Source: Negaprion brevirostris (lineage: Eukaryota). From it: 64,000 nucleotides of DNA. The notes beneath the pieces were generated by a model. The model was not told where the DNA came from and made no database searches. It saw only the letters and a program-made list of their open reading frames with translations. Both the position numbers and the translations under genes were made by a program. Shown here one piece after another: positions 23,200-36,005 of the stretch (its first letter is position 1; each line of letters starts with the position of its first letter). The stretch is taken from positions 118,475,597-118,539,596 of the forward strand of contig JARDVH010000001.1 of assembly GCA_030324005.1 (NCBI GenBank). Direction: 5' to 3'.

Positions 23200-23440
23200 C
23201 AGACTGGGAGCATTCAGTGTTTGATCCCCAGTCTGCACTTGCTTTGATAAACTCACTCAGGAAACAACAGCAAAGATGCTAATTGGTTTTCATAGCTATC
23301 AGATAGGCAAAGGGAACATCAGTCAGGGTCTCGCTCCTAATCCCTATCAGTTAGTGTGTTCTGAACAAGCATGTATCAGTGGTTGAGTAAGGACAGAATT
23401 GGTCTTAGTTGAATAGCTTATTAACATGTGTGACCACTTG
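23200..23440 (+). mobile_element. old SINE-like repeat, family not named
   Basis: B-box-like GTTTGATCCCC, then AATTGG...CAGTCAGGGTCTCGCTCCTAATCCCTATC...GAGTAAGGACAGAATTGG; a weakly similar copy lies at about 36760-37050. Confidence 0.4.
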
Positions 23441-26329
23441 TGCAATGCACTGAAAGACAGCAATTAAAGTTGGAATTCTGGCAGTTATTTTTCCCTTAAC
23501 CAAGGTTGTGTCCCAGTCAGGAATCAGATACGGTTTTTTTTTTGTGTGCACAGTTGAATAGCATGCCAGGGTATGTGCTTATTGAGCCAATTGGAGAATC
23601 ATAACACCCATTTTCAGTGGGGGTCATCTTAAATTCAGGTGCCAGTGGAAAGCTGACAATAGCATATCAACTGCATGAATAATCAATGGAGAGGAAATTC
23701 AATGTCTAATCTTCTATTACCTATTTAATAGCAACACCCAAAGTGAATGAAAGCCAGCTTGAAATGGACAAATCCTTACATTTTACATGAATGTTTATTT
23801 CCTTTTTTTTAGCTATAGGTGTCTGTGTTTAGATTTCATTTCATGGGATGAATGTTATTATTAGCTGCCCAGCACTTGTTCTACAAACCTCATCATTGAA
23901 CTTCTCAGATTTTGTAATATTTGAAAAATAATTTAACTGAAGTTTCATACTAAATTAACAGCTGTAAATTTTGGAATGATAGAATCTGACCATCTAGTGA
24001 CCTTTTGCTTTGTAACTAAATCGCCTGAATCCCATTGACTTAGGAATTAGATCTGCAGGTTTTCATTTTAAATGTTGGTACTGCCATTGTGATTTGTTTC
24101 TAATATATTTTCATTGACTGGGTGTAGCTGCCAAGTTACTGACCATGAGGGGGATGGAGCTTATAACTGTGCAACTCTATTTGTACTGGGTGTAATTCAA
24201 TACAATGAAGGTGAAATTGGACCTCATTGTGCCCTTTCTCTTTATTGAAAATGGGCACAGAGCAGTTTAAGAGGCCAACCACCCACATCAAAACCATGTT
24301 GAAAATGCTTCCAACCTTTTTTTTGGTTCCTATTTTAAGAATTATTACGTGGGATGTGGGCATTGATTGTCTATCCCCAATTGCTGTCAAGAAGGTGGTG
24401 GTCACTGTAAAGGCTTATCCACTGTCAGCTTAAACCAGATGTTAGGTGTATTGAATATGCTTTTACACAAGTAAAAAGATACACATAGAAAAATACTTAA
24501 TGTGGAGCCCAGGATGGTAGTGCCGAAACCAGATGGTAGTGATCCCACTGTGACAAATTAGCACAAAGCCAGGTGGGTAGTCATTTCAACCCGAAATATT
24601 AACCTGCCTTTCTCTTTGAGGTGTTGTTTGTCCTGCTGTGTTTGCAGTTTATGCTGTTTTCATTGTCGATTTGATTACCCAAAACTCTGAGTGGGCCTTT
24701 TTTTATGTATGGTTTACAGGTTTTGATCAAGACATACATGATTCAGATGGAATGTTGTTTTTATTTGAAATGTTGCAATCTAATTGTAATTTTTTGCTCC
24801 TCTTCAGATTAGTGTAGCTCTTGAAATTCATGCTGCTGTTCTTATTTAATTATATGTTATTCTCATCAGATAATAACATGTTTTTTTTTAAATTGAAGGA
24901 CTGCCTTGTTTCTCCATTTTTCTTGGGTTATATTTTTGTCAATATTTAAACACAGCGTACTGTATAGTGACTGGGGAATCAACATCTCGCAGGGTATACT
25001 ATAGATTGAAATCCTTCATAGGCTGCTCTTCCCATCTTAAAGAAAGCAGAAAATACTGCAAACTCTCAGCAAGTGAAGTAGCATCTGTGGAGAGTGAAGT
25101 CATAGTAATATTAATATTGATGATTTTTCACCAGAACTGGAAAAAAAATAGAGATTTAAGAGATTTTAGTAAATTCAGAGCCAGGGGAAAATGTGGGGTA
25201 GGAAGGGAAGAACATAAAGGACAATTTTACATGGCAAAAGAGGTGACAATAGGGCAAGTAAAAGAAGCAAAAGATTGCTCCAATATGCCTCCCATCCTAC
25301 ACCATCATTCCTTTCGTTATTAAATCACTTCTGCTTTCCACCATATAACAGACCTTTCTCTCTTGTTCCCTGCCCCCACTTTCCATTTGCCCATAATTCT
25401 GCACCAATCGCCATTAACTTATCAGTCTGACTCAGTGAAGCTCTCACAGTTATGGTTGGTGTACAATACACTATTGAGATATTCAGAGATGATATTGTCA
25501 ACAAATGGTCAGGTTTGTTTTAAAAATGTGGAGTCTGCCAATTGAAGCAAGGCCTCAAGATAGTTAATAAGCACAAATGAAAAGAAGTAACCAGTAAGTG
25601 CCAATCAGACAAATGTTAAATGTTTCCAACTGTTATCTGAAGAACCTGCTCTGGGAGTTATAAAATCAACACCGGAAAATTTTTGAGGATTAGATTGGGT
25701 TCTGTGGCATCTGCCTTTTAAGCACCACGTGGCCACTAACATGCAAAAATTCTTAAAGCCAATGGATCTTTTGCTGGTGCATCAAATATGTGTCCCAGCT
25801 GTTGACAATTCCTACAGTGAATGAGATTGGAGTATCCCACCCTAACTTTACAGGACACCATCTTGATAAATGAGTTTGTGTAGAATGCAAGGTAGGTAGA
25901 AAATGCTGTTAATCACTATGCAGAGCTAATTTGATGTCAGCGTACAAATTTTTAAACTATATCCTCAAGCCAATGCCCTATTTTAACTTTGTGCAACTGA
26001 ACATGATATTACATGGCATGAAGCACTAGAGCAGCAGTCTTTCCGCACCACCACCACCTCCCACCCCCCGCCCCCGCTGCACACGGGGCAAGCACAACTT
26101 TTGACTAAATGTGAAGTTACATATGTTTTTGGAGATTTCCTATACATGCTTAAAATTTGAATAGTTACTCTTCAGGGAGTGCTCTGGCTGCTGCTGAAGT
26201 TCATCCAAAAACTTGTGCTGAAACAAATTACTCCCGCACATGGATGAACTTGCTGAGTTTATTCTCAAAGTTTCACATGGAATGGAGAATGAAGAGAAAA
26301 CACAAGGAGCAAGATAAGCTGCCAGAAAA

Positions 26330-26870
26330 AAGGAGAGGAAGCAGCATGTGCTGCAGCAGGCCATATCCACCAAGGAATTTCAGGGAGCAATTCTCTTATC
26401 TAAGCTTCAGTGAGGGCCAATGTACAAGGCATCTTCATTGCACCAAATTTATCACTGGCTGTGCCCACTGCTGTAGCCACAATGACATCTCAAAACAGAG
26501 CAAAAAAGCTTTGCTTGTTGCTGTCAAAGTGACTGCGGCTCTTAACGCTTATGCATCTGGCTCCTTTCAGGCTACAAGCAACATGTCACAGTTTGTAGTG
26601 CAAGCTGACTTTACACAGACGGACAGCTTGAGCTCATGTCCTTTTGCCAGAGACAAAAAAGCAGAATAAGCATGAGGGTTTGGCATGGATTGTGGGGTAC
26701 CAGTGACTGCATGCATTGTGCCATGCATGAGCTTTGTGAACTTGACCATTTTTGTCAACCAAAAGGGATTCCACTCCTTCATGTGCAGTTGGCGTATGGT
26801 CATAGAGTGCATCTTGCAAGTGAATGCCTACTTTCTTAAAAGCAGTCACAATTCCTACATTCTCCGGTAG
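26330..26870 (+). mobile_element. PIF/Harbinger transposase N-terminal and central remnant
   Basis: RPYPPRNFREQFSYL..SEGQC, ALLVAVKVTAALNAYASGSFQ, GTSDCMH, FVNQKGFHSF, ILQVNAYFLKSSHNSYILR across several frames. Confidence 0.85.
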
Positions 26871-27802
26871 TCTTTTTGTACCACTTTTGTTTGGCCCACC
26901 GTGGCCAAGAATGCCACTGAGGTTGAAAAATCTGAGAATCGAGGATGAAAAACCAGAGTTTTGGTTCACATCAATAATATAGGTAAAAAGATCCCTGTGC
27001 TTAGTTTTCACGGAGTGCTGACTCTTGTTCTGCTCTTTTTCTCCTTCTCTCTGCCTTACAACAAGTCCTCCAGTGCAGTGTCTAAAAAGCCGGACACGTG
27101 CTGTCTCACATGTTCAAACTTTGCTCAAAGTACCACAGGAATTATTCAAAGGCTTCCCACCACTTGCAACTACAATACACCTCTGCTTTGAGAGCACTGG
27201 GCTGCTGTCGAGTAACTTTTGCAACTCGTGATATTGAGCCACCTGCTGATGCATGCAGATAATGAACTGTGCAGGAGTCGTGCAAAGAAGCAGGCGGCAT
27301 GAATTAAAGTGTTGCCTGCAGCATGATAAATGGGTGGGGGTCAATTATGTATCGGGATCCTCATGTCCACTGAACAGAGTCATTCAACTAACCCCTATAC
27401 TTTCCCTACAGCCTTTGATAGTACAAAAAAAATCTAGTAGCAATCCCTGGGCTGTGAAGCTGCAGCAAGTAAATTTCTTTTCTTTCTGTCTCAGCTTTCC
27501 TGTTGGCTTGATAGAAAACTGTAAACAGAAACCTCTCTGGAAGCTGGCTGCAAAGCTGATACTTACTGCGGACTGAAACCATGATTGATTGGAGCCCCCT
27601 GGTCTCTGAGCTTTAAGTTAAAGATGTCTACTGACAATCAATCACCCAGTTTCCTTCCCAGACACAGCTCTCAATCACTTACCCCAAGCAGGACTGGAAT
27701 CTGTGAAGTATGCCACTGCGACAGGAGATCATCACAGCAGACATGCTTACCACGGGAATTTGACTCAAATTTCTTCAAAGTTATCTTGAAACAAGAGAGG
27801 AA

Positions 27803-28225
27803 GAACAAAGACTTGCATTTATATAGCATCTTTCACAACGTCCACCGGTCAACTCAAAACGCCTTACAGCTAATTAAGTGTTTTTGAAGTGTAATCACTG
27901 TTATACTCCGGGGAATGTGTCAGTAAGTTTGTGCACAGCCATCTTCCACAAAGAGCAATGAGATGATGACCAAGTAATCTGTGTTCTGTGAAGTTGATTG
28001 AGGGATAAATATAGGTCAAGACACCTTGCTGCTGTTCAAAATGGAGTCCACCTGAGAGAGTAAACAGACCCTCGATTGGATGTTTCACCTGAAAAATAAC
28101 ACCTCCGACAATGTAGCACTTCTTTAGAATTGCACTGTGTGTGTCAGCTTTGATTTTTGTTATTGAAGTTCTGGGGTTGGACTTGAATCCGGAGCCTTCA
28201 GACTCAGCTGAGTCATGGTTGATGC
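27803..28225 (-). mobile_element. DeuSINE (SacSINE1/AmnSINE1-related), near full length
   Basis: ACTTGCATTTATATAGC tail, TTTTGAAGTGTAATCACTGTT, GTTGATTGAGGGATAAATAT Deu-domain motif, and GGACTTGAATCC B-box end. Confidence 0.8.
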
Positions 28226-28234
28226 ACTATAAAG

Positions 28235-28451
28235 CTAAAAGCAAATTACTGCAGATGCTGGATCTGAAACAAAAACAGAAAAAGCTGGAAAATCTCAGCC
28301 TATCTGACTGCATCTGTGGAGATAGAATAAGCTAGCTTTTCGAGCCTCTCATCTGATTTTCTTTTGTCTGCAGCTCTGATGAAGTGTCATTCAGGTGCAA
28401 AGCCAGATGCTGTCAGACTTGCTGAGAGTTTCCAGTATTTTCTGTTTTTGT
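28235..28451. mobile_element. Penelope-derived palindromic fragment
   Basis: ACAAAAACAGAAAAAGCTGGAAAATCTCAGC...GCATCTG pairs with CAGATGC...GCTGAGAGTTTCCAGTATTTTCTGTTTTTGT; CTGATGAAG box present but GAAA box lost. Confidence 0.7.
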
Positions 28452-28734
28452 ATATTATAAGGCTGTACGTTTTGTACTGAGGTTGAAGAATCAGGCTGTA
28501 TGTTCCCTCCCAAAGTTCCAAATTTAAGAAACTCAGATGTAAAGGTGGCAGGCTCACCCCTGTTTGTCAATGGAGGCCTGGGTTATTTTACTGCTTGAGC
28601 CTCATTAAAATAAATTAGGCCCCATTTCTGGCTTGATCCCATGTGCATGATACATAGGCAGCAGATGAGTGAAGGTGAGCACTGCAGAAGTATACCTCAG
28701 GCGACTTGAGTATGTTACTTTCACACAGCAAGAT

Positions 28735-28830
28735 CAACGAGCACCAGTGAGATAATCTGTTTAATAATGTTGGTTGAGAGGTAAGTATTGCATAGGACAC
28801 CATAGAAAACTTCCCTGCTCTTCTTTGACC
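28735..28830 (-). mobile_element. DeuSINE fragment
   Basis: ATGTTGGTTGAGAGGTAAGTATTGCATAGGACACC...CTTCCCTGCTCTTCTT. Confidence 0.55.
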
Positions 28831-31659
28831 TTTCATAATCTAGTGGGGCAAGATTTAGATACACCGTCTTTCACTAAGGTCTGCAAACAGGAAAGTAAAT
28901 ATTAAGACCCCATCACTTGCAATGTCCTTGCTTATAACTTAGACTGCCANNNNNNNNNNTGTATTATGAGAATGATGGGGTGCCCTCTGTATAACATTTA
29001 ACGGCCACGTGGTAGTGTTGGCAGCAGAAGTTACAATATCCTTCAAATTAACACCATCGTGACCTCTGGGGTACGTACCAGGGTCCTCTTTCACAAAATG
29101 TCACTGACCATTGGTCATCACCATATAAGTCACTCATAAAGATGCTACTTAAAATGTGTCAAATGTCCTGGTATTTTAAGCAGTTCAGTATTTTAAAAGA
29201 CATTTTTAGGCCTGCATCCAATCAACATCTCATTTTGCAACATAAACAAAACTGCCAAAGCATAAAGACATCCACTATACTGCAGTAGGAGTTGACAAAA
29301 CTCACATTATACTTATTACCTTATTGAAACTGCCCCAGCCTCTACTGCCTCTTTTTGTTGTTAATGGTACCACAGCTGTCGGAAACTTCAAGTTGCTTCA
29401 ATTAATGTTTGCACTATTAACAAAAATGGGAGACGTTCAGTATCATGGCCTTCATGACCACGACTCAATCCTTGGGCCATTAGGTGTCCTACCATTGCTG
29501 CGGACTTTCTTGTGAAGATGTTGGGTGCTCATTAATTTTTTGGTTACAATGACTATTGCATACAGTGAGTGGGCAAATCAGATTAACTCAAGTCACCTGT
29601 TCAAAGCAGTGCTAGCTGTAAATCAAATGGCTATAGTGGCTGTCGTTTCCTGTTAGGGATCATTAAAAATCAATCTCTTTATATTTTTTACAAATTTCTA
29701 TATGTTGCTTGTGAAAACACGTTAAGTGATTTAGAAAGGTGCCTGCCTGCCTACCTGAATGCAATTGTGACGCAGACTGAGGATGCTTGCAAGTTGCCTT
29801 TGCAATACATTTCTCCCTTGCCCTTCAACGGTTTGCATAAGTCAGCATGTTTTTTATTCCTGACTGGCTCTCTTGATATTCTTTCAAAGCATTGAATGGC
29901 TATTGTTCGTTCCTAAGGGAGAAGTCTGGCTTCGGTTTGACCTTAGTCAGTGGATCTGAATAATATGATGGGCTCCCTCACATCCTTTACCTTAAAGGAT
30001 GTAACTGCATGTGTCTCCATTACTATTTATAATAGAGCTGGAAATAATAAGAAANNNNNNNNNNNNNNNNNNNNNNNNNNNNNNNNNNNNNNNNNNNNNN
30101 NNNNNNNNNNNNNNNNNNNNNNNNNNNNNNNNNNNNNNNNNNNNNNNNNNNNNNAAAAGCAATATTGAATGCATTGTGTGGGGCGGGGGGGGGGCGGAGG
30201 GTGGTGGAGTTAGAAAGGGATCTGGGAGTCATCACTTTCAATGTCTAATGGAGACTGAAACAGTGTAAAGGAATGTTGAGCTGGAACAGCAGAATATAAG
30301 ATTTGAGTGATTTTGTTAAGATTTTACGATGCCCGGGCCACACTATATTTGAGGTAGTGATCACTACACCAGGAAAAAAAAAGTCATGCATGTCTTTGTG
30401 TTCTAATGTGTTTCATTATTTTAAACACCAAAGAACATAGACAAAGGTGGCAACAACTGCAAAATTGGGTCTTTGAACAAGCTCATGTTACACAATCCGA
30501 TATGAGTACTTCAGTAAATTATACTACACAATTCCAGTATGATTACGCAACTTTTTTATTGAGTTCATGACACTCTAAGAGCTCATTTTTAAAGCCCTTC
30601 ACAATTTGCTGTGACTTCAATATTCTATGGTTTACCAAAGCTCTTGCACCAATTTTACCCTTGACCTCTAAATTTTATGCATCCTAGAATCTAATCATAA
30701 TACATCAAGAGACATGTAAAATGACCTCGAAGAGACACAAAACAACTGCAAAGTACCAATATAGAGCCAAGAAGATGTGCTTACAGCCTCTGCTAATCAT
30801 TCCATTGTCATGGTTATATGATCCACTTAAGCTCTTCCCATTACAAACTCAGTATAGCCGAATCTGTAATCTCATACTCTCTTTGTGAAATAGAGTGCTG
30901 TTTCCACTTCTGCAACATTAGCCCTCTCCACCGCTACCTCAATCCAGTGACCAGATCAACATTTCAAAGTCCTTTAACGTGGGTGAGTGACGGTCACACA
31001 TTCCTTCAGTTCCTCATCTCCTGCCTTAGGCCTGCTTCACAAGGCAACANNNNNNNNNNCAGAAAGCTGTTTTAACTTGCTGTGTGCAGATCCCACAAAC
31101 ACGAGGAGCACAGATAGTGTGAATATTCCAAGCAACTGCATTAGAGAGTGCAGAGAGGAACATGACATTATGTGGGGTGAGCTACAAGCAATCATGAGAG
31201 AAATTCAGATTGTTACAAACTACAAAAACGGTGTTTAAATAGTCATATCAGTGAGGTATAAAGGCTGTGAATGAGTATTGATAAGGTAGGGGCAAGATAA
31301 TAGTTAAAAGTGAGACAGAAAAGCTAGTAAATCAAATCAGATAAATCAAAACAGTTTTAATTTAAAGCTGCTCTCAACAGCTAGTCAGATAAAAACATTT
31401 GTGATGTTTAAAATTCAGCTGGATCTTATAATGGAAGAGGTAGTTACATGTTCAACATTCAGCCTGGAGGTACCATAATTTACTCCAGCCAAACATCATG
31501 AAAGGTTGAAGCCTTCATCTTCAAACACAAACCTTATACTTTTGCCACCAATTCCACTCCCCTTGCCTGGAAATAATCTCAGGCTAAACCAAATAGTCTC
31601 AAACTCAGTATCCAGTCCCAATTTGGGTTGAACCCACATATTCTCTCTGTAAAATAGTG

Positions 31660-31775
31660 CTTCCTAAATGACTTAACTACTATTAAGATTGTGCCTCCTA
31701 GACCTGGGTTCCCCCACAGGAGGAAATAGTTTCTCTGTATCTATTCAATTGAATCTTTTTATCACTTTAAAGATG
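31660..31775 (-). mobile_element. CR1 fragment
   Basis: CCCCACAGGAGGAAATAGTTTCTCTGTATCTA...ATCACTTTAAAG, the reverse of the CR1 ORF2 C-terminal FK....D.EKLFP segment. Confidence 0.5.
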
Positions 31776-33019
31776 ATGATGATGAACTTCATTTAGCTGA
31801 GTGGCTTTTGCTTGTTCTTTGATTTTTTTTTAATGATAGGGCCAGACACCATATCTATGAGATAAAGAGTAAAAAATGTGACTGTGTGCCGACAGCATCC
31901 TGATGTTCTTTACAAATCCCACGTGCTGAACATTATTCTCAGATTCAAGCAAGGCTTTGACCTAACTTCTGCTATTGCTTAATTGCAGCAACTTGGGGGC
32001 CTTGCTGAATAGCCAGGGTTGAACAGGAGTCATCTGTTTTGAAAGGCCAAATAAAGCATGTTTAGTGATTATGGCAATGCCCTTCGTCTACTTTAACAGT
32101 TTGAATCACATCTAAATTAAACAAGATATGAAATGATGCTGAGTATTCCTATCCTTGGTAGAAAAAATTGTGAGATTACATATAATGAGTTGTCCAGCTT
32201 AATTGCATTTATCGTAGTTCATACTGAACTGGTGTGGGGAAATAAGGTGCACATTGCTGAATTTCCTGTAGGTTGCTGCTTCTTCAAAATTAGATATATT
32301 ACAATGATTGTAAAGAAAAGGTGGGACGAAGGTTGCCAGACTTCAACCATAAAGGATAATTGTGTGGCTGTTTTCCTGAGATGATTGAGAGTGAGGGTTT
32401 ATGACTTGTGTTTCACTATGGCCCTTTATGCACTTGAGTGAGCAGTAGCCGAAATGTAGCAAAGTGGCTGTAGGTTTTGCCAATTTTCTGCTGCTTTGTT
32501 GTCTGTTATGATCTTGGACTTGAATCCTGGAAGACCAGTGCTCCTGCTTGAAAAAAGCTGGAACAAAAAGGTTTCAATGAATGGCATTTTTACTTTCCTG
32601 GTATCATTTTTGGTTCTACTCACCTGACTACTATCATTTTCTGTTTCCCTTGCCAACTGTGGACTGTGCAAATTGGGAACTGTCCACTTCCAGTGATCGT
32701 TAAATGGGAAGTGTCAGGTGGATGGAACTTTTGGAGACTTTTTTTGGCAGTTGGTTGTGGATTTTCCACATCAATGGATTCGAAAACCTAGATAGTTGCT
32801 CTGCAGGTTGTGCACTCTTGCCAACCTCTGCTCCACAGTGCTGCTGCTTCCTGTCCCTGAAGAAAAATGCACCTGCTTTTTAAGCGGTTGCAGGTGGCTC
32901 TGCAGCAAGGATATTCATATTTTTGGAAACATGATGACTTTTTGTAATGGTATGGAAACCTGTCTCCCATCCTGTGAGACTATACTGGATAGCTCAGTGT
33001 TAAAGATATAACAGGAAAA

Positions 33020-33105
33020 CGTTGTGAATGATGGAAATCTGTACTAAAAACAGACAATGCTGGAAATACTCAGCAGCTTTGGTTGCATCTGTGTAGAGAG
33101 TCAAC
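33020..33105 (-). mobile_element. Penelope pseudo-LTR fragment, continues at 34280-34410
   Basis: GGAAATCTGTACTAAAAACAGACAATGCTGGAAATACTCAGCAG...GCATCTGTGTAGAGAG; resumes as AACATTTCAAGT...CATCAGAATTGG after the foldback insertion. Confidence 0.65.
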
Positions 33106-34279
33106 AATCTGGATTTTATCCTTAAGAAAGATAGTGGGAATCAGGGAAAATTATAGGCTTGCCCCTTAGGAGAATGTGTGTGCAAAAGCTTGATCTTGGT
33201 TGCTGGGAGGAGGTGCAGGCTGCTGGTGTCGGATTACCAAACCCAGGAAAAAGTTTTGGAGGTAGTCAAAGGAACTATCAGATGTGGAGGCAGGCTGTTT
33301 GAAAGGCCTGCCTTAATGCTTGTGACTTTGTTCCAGTTAAAATGAAAACACAAGTACTCCAACCCTTATCTCCTCATCCTTCAAATACTTCCCATGCCCC
33401 ATCCATACCACCTCATGCCTCATCCCTACATCCCTCCTTGCTGTCTGTGTCAAGCTATGGCACTTTCATGCCTATAGACCTATTATAGTCTAGAACCAGT
33501 GAACTCTTTGGTGCCAGTAAAATGTGTTTTGAGGAAAAAAAGCTGTAAAATGTAATACATTCATAACTTTCTGCTATGTTGAGAAAAATAATTTCACTAC
33601 CAGCTACCAAATATTGTGAAATTGACAGCAGAGAGCAATGAGTCTTAGCTGTCGATCAAGCAATGTTCTCTCTGTCCTGAGAGCCCAGACAGCTATTATT
33701 CTTGTTGAAACTCCTGCANNNNNNNNNNNNNNNNNNNNNNNNNNNNNNNNNNNNNNNNNNNNNNNNNNNNNNNNNNNNNNNNNNNNNNNNNNNNNNNNNN
33801 NNNNNNNNNNNNNNNNNNCTCTCTGTCCTGAGAGCCCAGACAGCTATTATCCTTGTTGAAACTCCTGCAGCCCAGATAAAATATTGCTTGATAGATCAGC
33901 CTCTCTGATTGCTGCCGTCACCTCCACAATGCTAAGTGGTTTCAAGGGTATGTGATTTTTGTTATTGGTGTTTTTAAGAGTCTGGGTGATTGACACTTTT
34001 ATTAGCTGGTAGTGAAATAGCTTTTTTGAACCCAGGAGAAAATTATGAATAAACTATTTTAAAGTTTTTTTTTTCACACACCTTGCTAATGTTGTAGGGT
34101 GTTTTGGTTCTGTGCAGTGTATGATAGGTCAATGGACATGAAAGTGCTATAGCATGGTAGAGGGACATGAGTGGAAATTAGCGGATAGTTGGGAGAGCAG
34201 GGCATGGGGAGGACCTTTGGATCAGCCTACCACTTTTAAATGGTTCCCAAGTCAACCCTACTTGGTGAAAATCCAGGCC
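33106..34279. mobile_element. foldback / MITE-type DNA element, possibly Harbinger-related
   Basis: Termini CTGGATTTT / AAAATCCAG, nested internal inverted blocks (33455-33498 vs 34104-34151; 33583-33622 vs 33988-34026), and an apparent 3-bp target duplication. Confidence 0.65.
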
Positions 34280-34874
34280 AACATTTCAAGTGGTGACTTT
34301 CCATCAGAATTGGGAAAGTTAGAAATGTAGTAAGTTTTTAGTCGGTGAAATGGTGGAGAATGGAAAAAGAACAAAACTGAAGGCCTGTGATGGTGTGGAA
34401 GATGGGTGGTATCAAATTATGAGAGTTGGTGGGGACAGGCACAGTCCCAACAATGGAAAGAGCTGCCAAAGGAACATGTCACAGCCCCATCACTTGAAAT
34501 TTTCAAGATTCATCTTCCGATTATTTCCATTTATAGAGTTTCATTCATAGAACTCACATTCAGCAGGTCCTACTTGGTTTCACTAGCACTACCCAAATAA
34601 ATGTTGACAGAATATGAATGTTTGCTTGTGAGACAAACACGATTGAAGCAAAAGGAGACTCTTAGTATGAGGAAGGCAATAGATCCTTTGAGCTGTGTAT
34701 TTAATCCACTTGGACTGGGAGGGTGGAAATGGATTGGTTGGAGCATAAGACATGTGTAACTGCAGTGCAGCAAAACGCCTCCTACAATACCTCTTACATT
34801 GGAGACATAAATACCTCCTACTGCTTCATTTTGGGTTGTCCTGGAAAACAGTATTTATAATTGAAAACAAGCTA

Positions 34875-35123
34875 AAATTTGTTAGTCACAAGTAAGGCTT
34901 GCTGTGAAATTCCCCTAGTTGCCACACTCTGGTGCCTGTTCAGGTCAATAAACCTAACCAGCACATCTTTCAAACCACGGGAGGAAACCGGAGCACCTGG
35001 AGGACACCCACGCAGACACTGGGAGAACATGCAAACTCCACGCAGACAGTGACCTAAGCCAGGAATTGAACCTAAGTCCCTCGTGCTGTGAGGCAGCAGT
35101 GCTAACCACTGTGCCGCCATGCT
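34875..35123 (-). mobile_element. V-SINE variant (alternative tail)
   Basis: GTCACAAGTAAGGCTT...GGGAGAACATGCAAACTCCACGCAGACAGTGACC...GTGCTAACCACTGTGCCGCCATGCTG. Confidence 0.85.
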
Positions 35124-35871
35124 GAAAAAACCCAGATTTCCCAGTCCATGTGTATTGCGTTATAGGCCATCAGATCATCTTTGTCTCCCCTTAATCTTGT
35201 ATAAGTGACTGCATACCGTAATAAGGAATGGAGTAAGTGGTGTAGCGATGGGAAGAATGTTAGACAATAAAGGAGATAACTGCTAACTGATTTAACAAAT
35301 GCTTAGCAACAGCTGCTATTCACTCCAACAAATTAAAATGCGTGCTCTGTTTGCAAACTTTTGTCTAATAGTATTCTTCAGTTTTGAAAGATGTGTAATG
35401 CTAACACAGTCTTGCCAACTTTGTGCAAAAGAGGTTTTATATATGACAGCGGTTTAAGCCTAAGCTGCTAATCAGAATGGTTTTCCTTCTTTCTTGCTCT
35501 GTAGTAGTGACAAATAAAAGAAAGAAAGTGCAAACCTATTTCATCATGTCAGGACTGTCAGTGGATGTGCTGGGTATTATAGTCAACGGTCCCTTCATTC
35601 ACCCAGTATTTGTTAACTCCTTCCAACACTTAAAAGACTTCCAAAATCTGCGTGCTTTTTACTTTTGCATGCAAATTTTTTTTGTGTTACTACCATCTCT
35701 TCTGGTGCTGGAATGTAACCTCTCCATGCCAGATGGCATCTAGTACTTTGGTCAAAACGGAGTTTGTTCGACCATGTGGGTATCAGAGCTGAGTCCAGTC
35801 ATGTCCTGCTTCAAGAGTCACCTCGGCTGATTGCTCCCCTGCTTAACTTAGGACAACTGAAATCAATTGCA

Positions 35872-36005
35872 TAGAAGCAGATTACTGCAAATGCTGGAAA
35901 TCTGAAATAAACACGAGTGCTGGATAACTTCATCAGTTCTGGCAGCTTGTGTGCTGCGAGAAATGGAATGAATGTTCTGAGTCCAATATGACTGTTTGGA
36001 AGAGG
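35872..36005 (-). mobile_element. Penelope pseudo-LTR fragment
   Basis: ACTGCAAATGCTGGAAATCTGAAATAAACA...TCTGGCAGC...GAGTCCAATATGACT (remnant hammerhead stem II). Confidence 0.6.

Noticed and set aside
27474-27580. Polypyrimidine tract plus CAG at about 27493 as an exon acceptor
   Set aside because: No convincing donor before in-frame stops and no recognisable peptide
33667-33869. ~50-bp direct repeat either side of an N gap
   Set aside because: Near-identical sequence on both gap edges is best explained as an unmerged contig overlap
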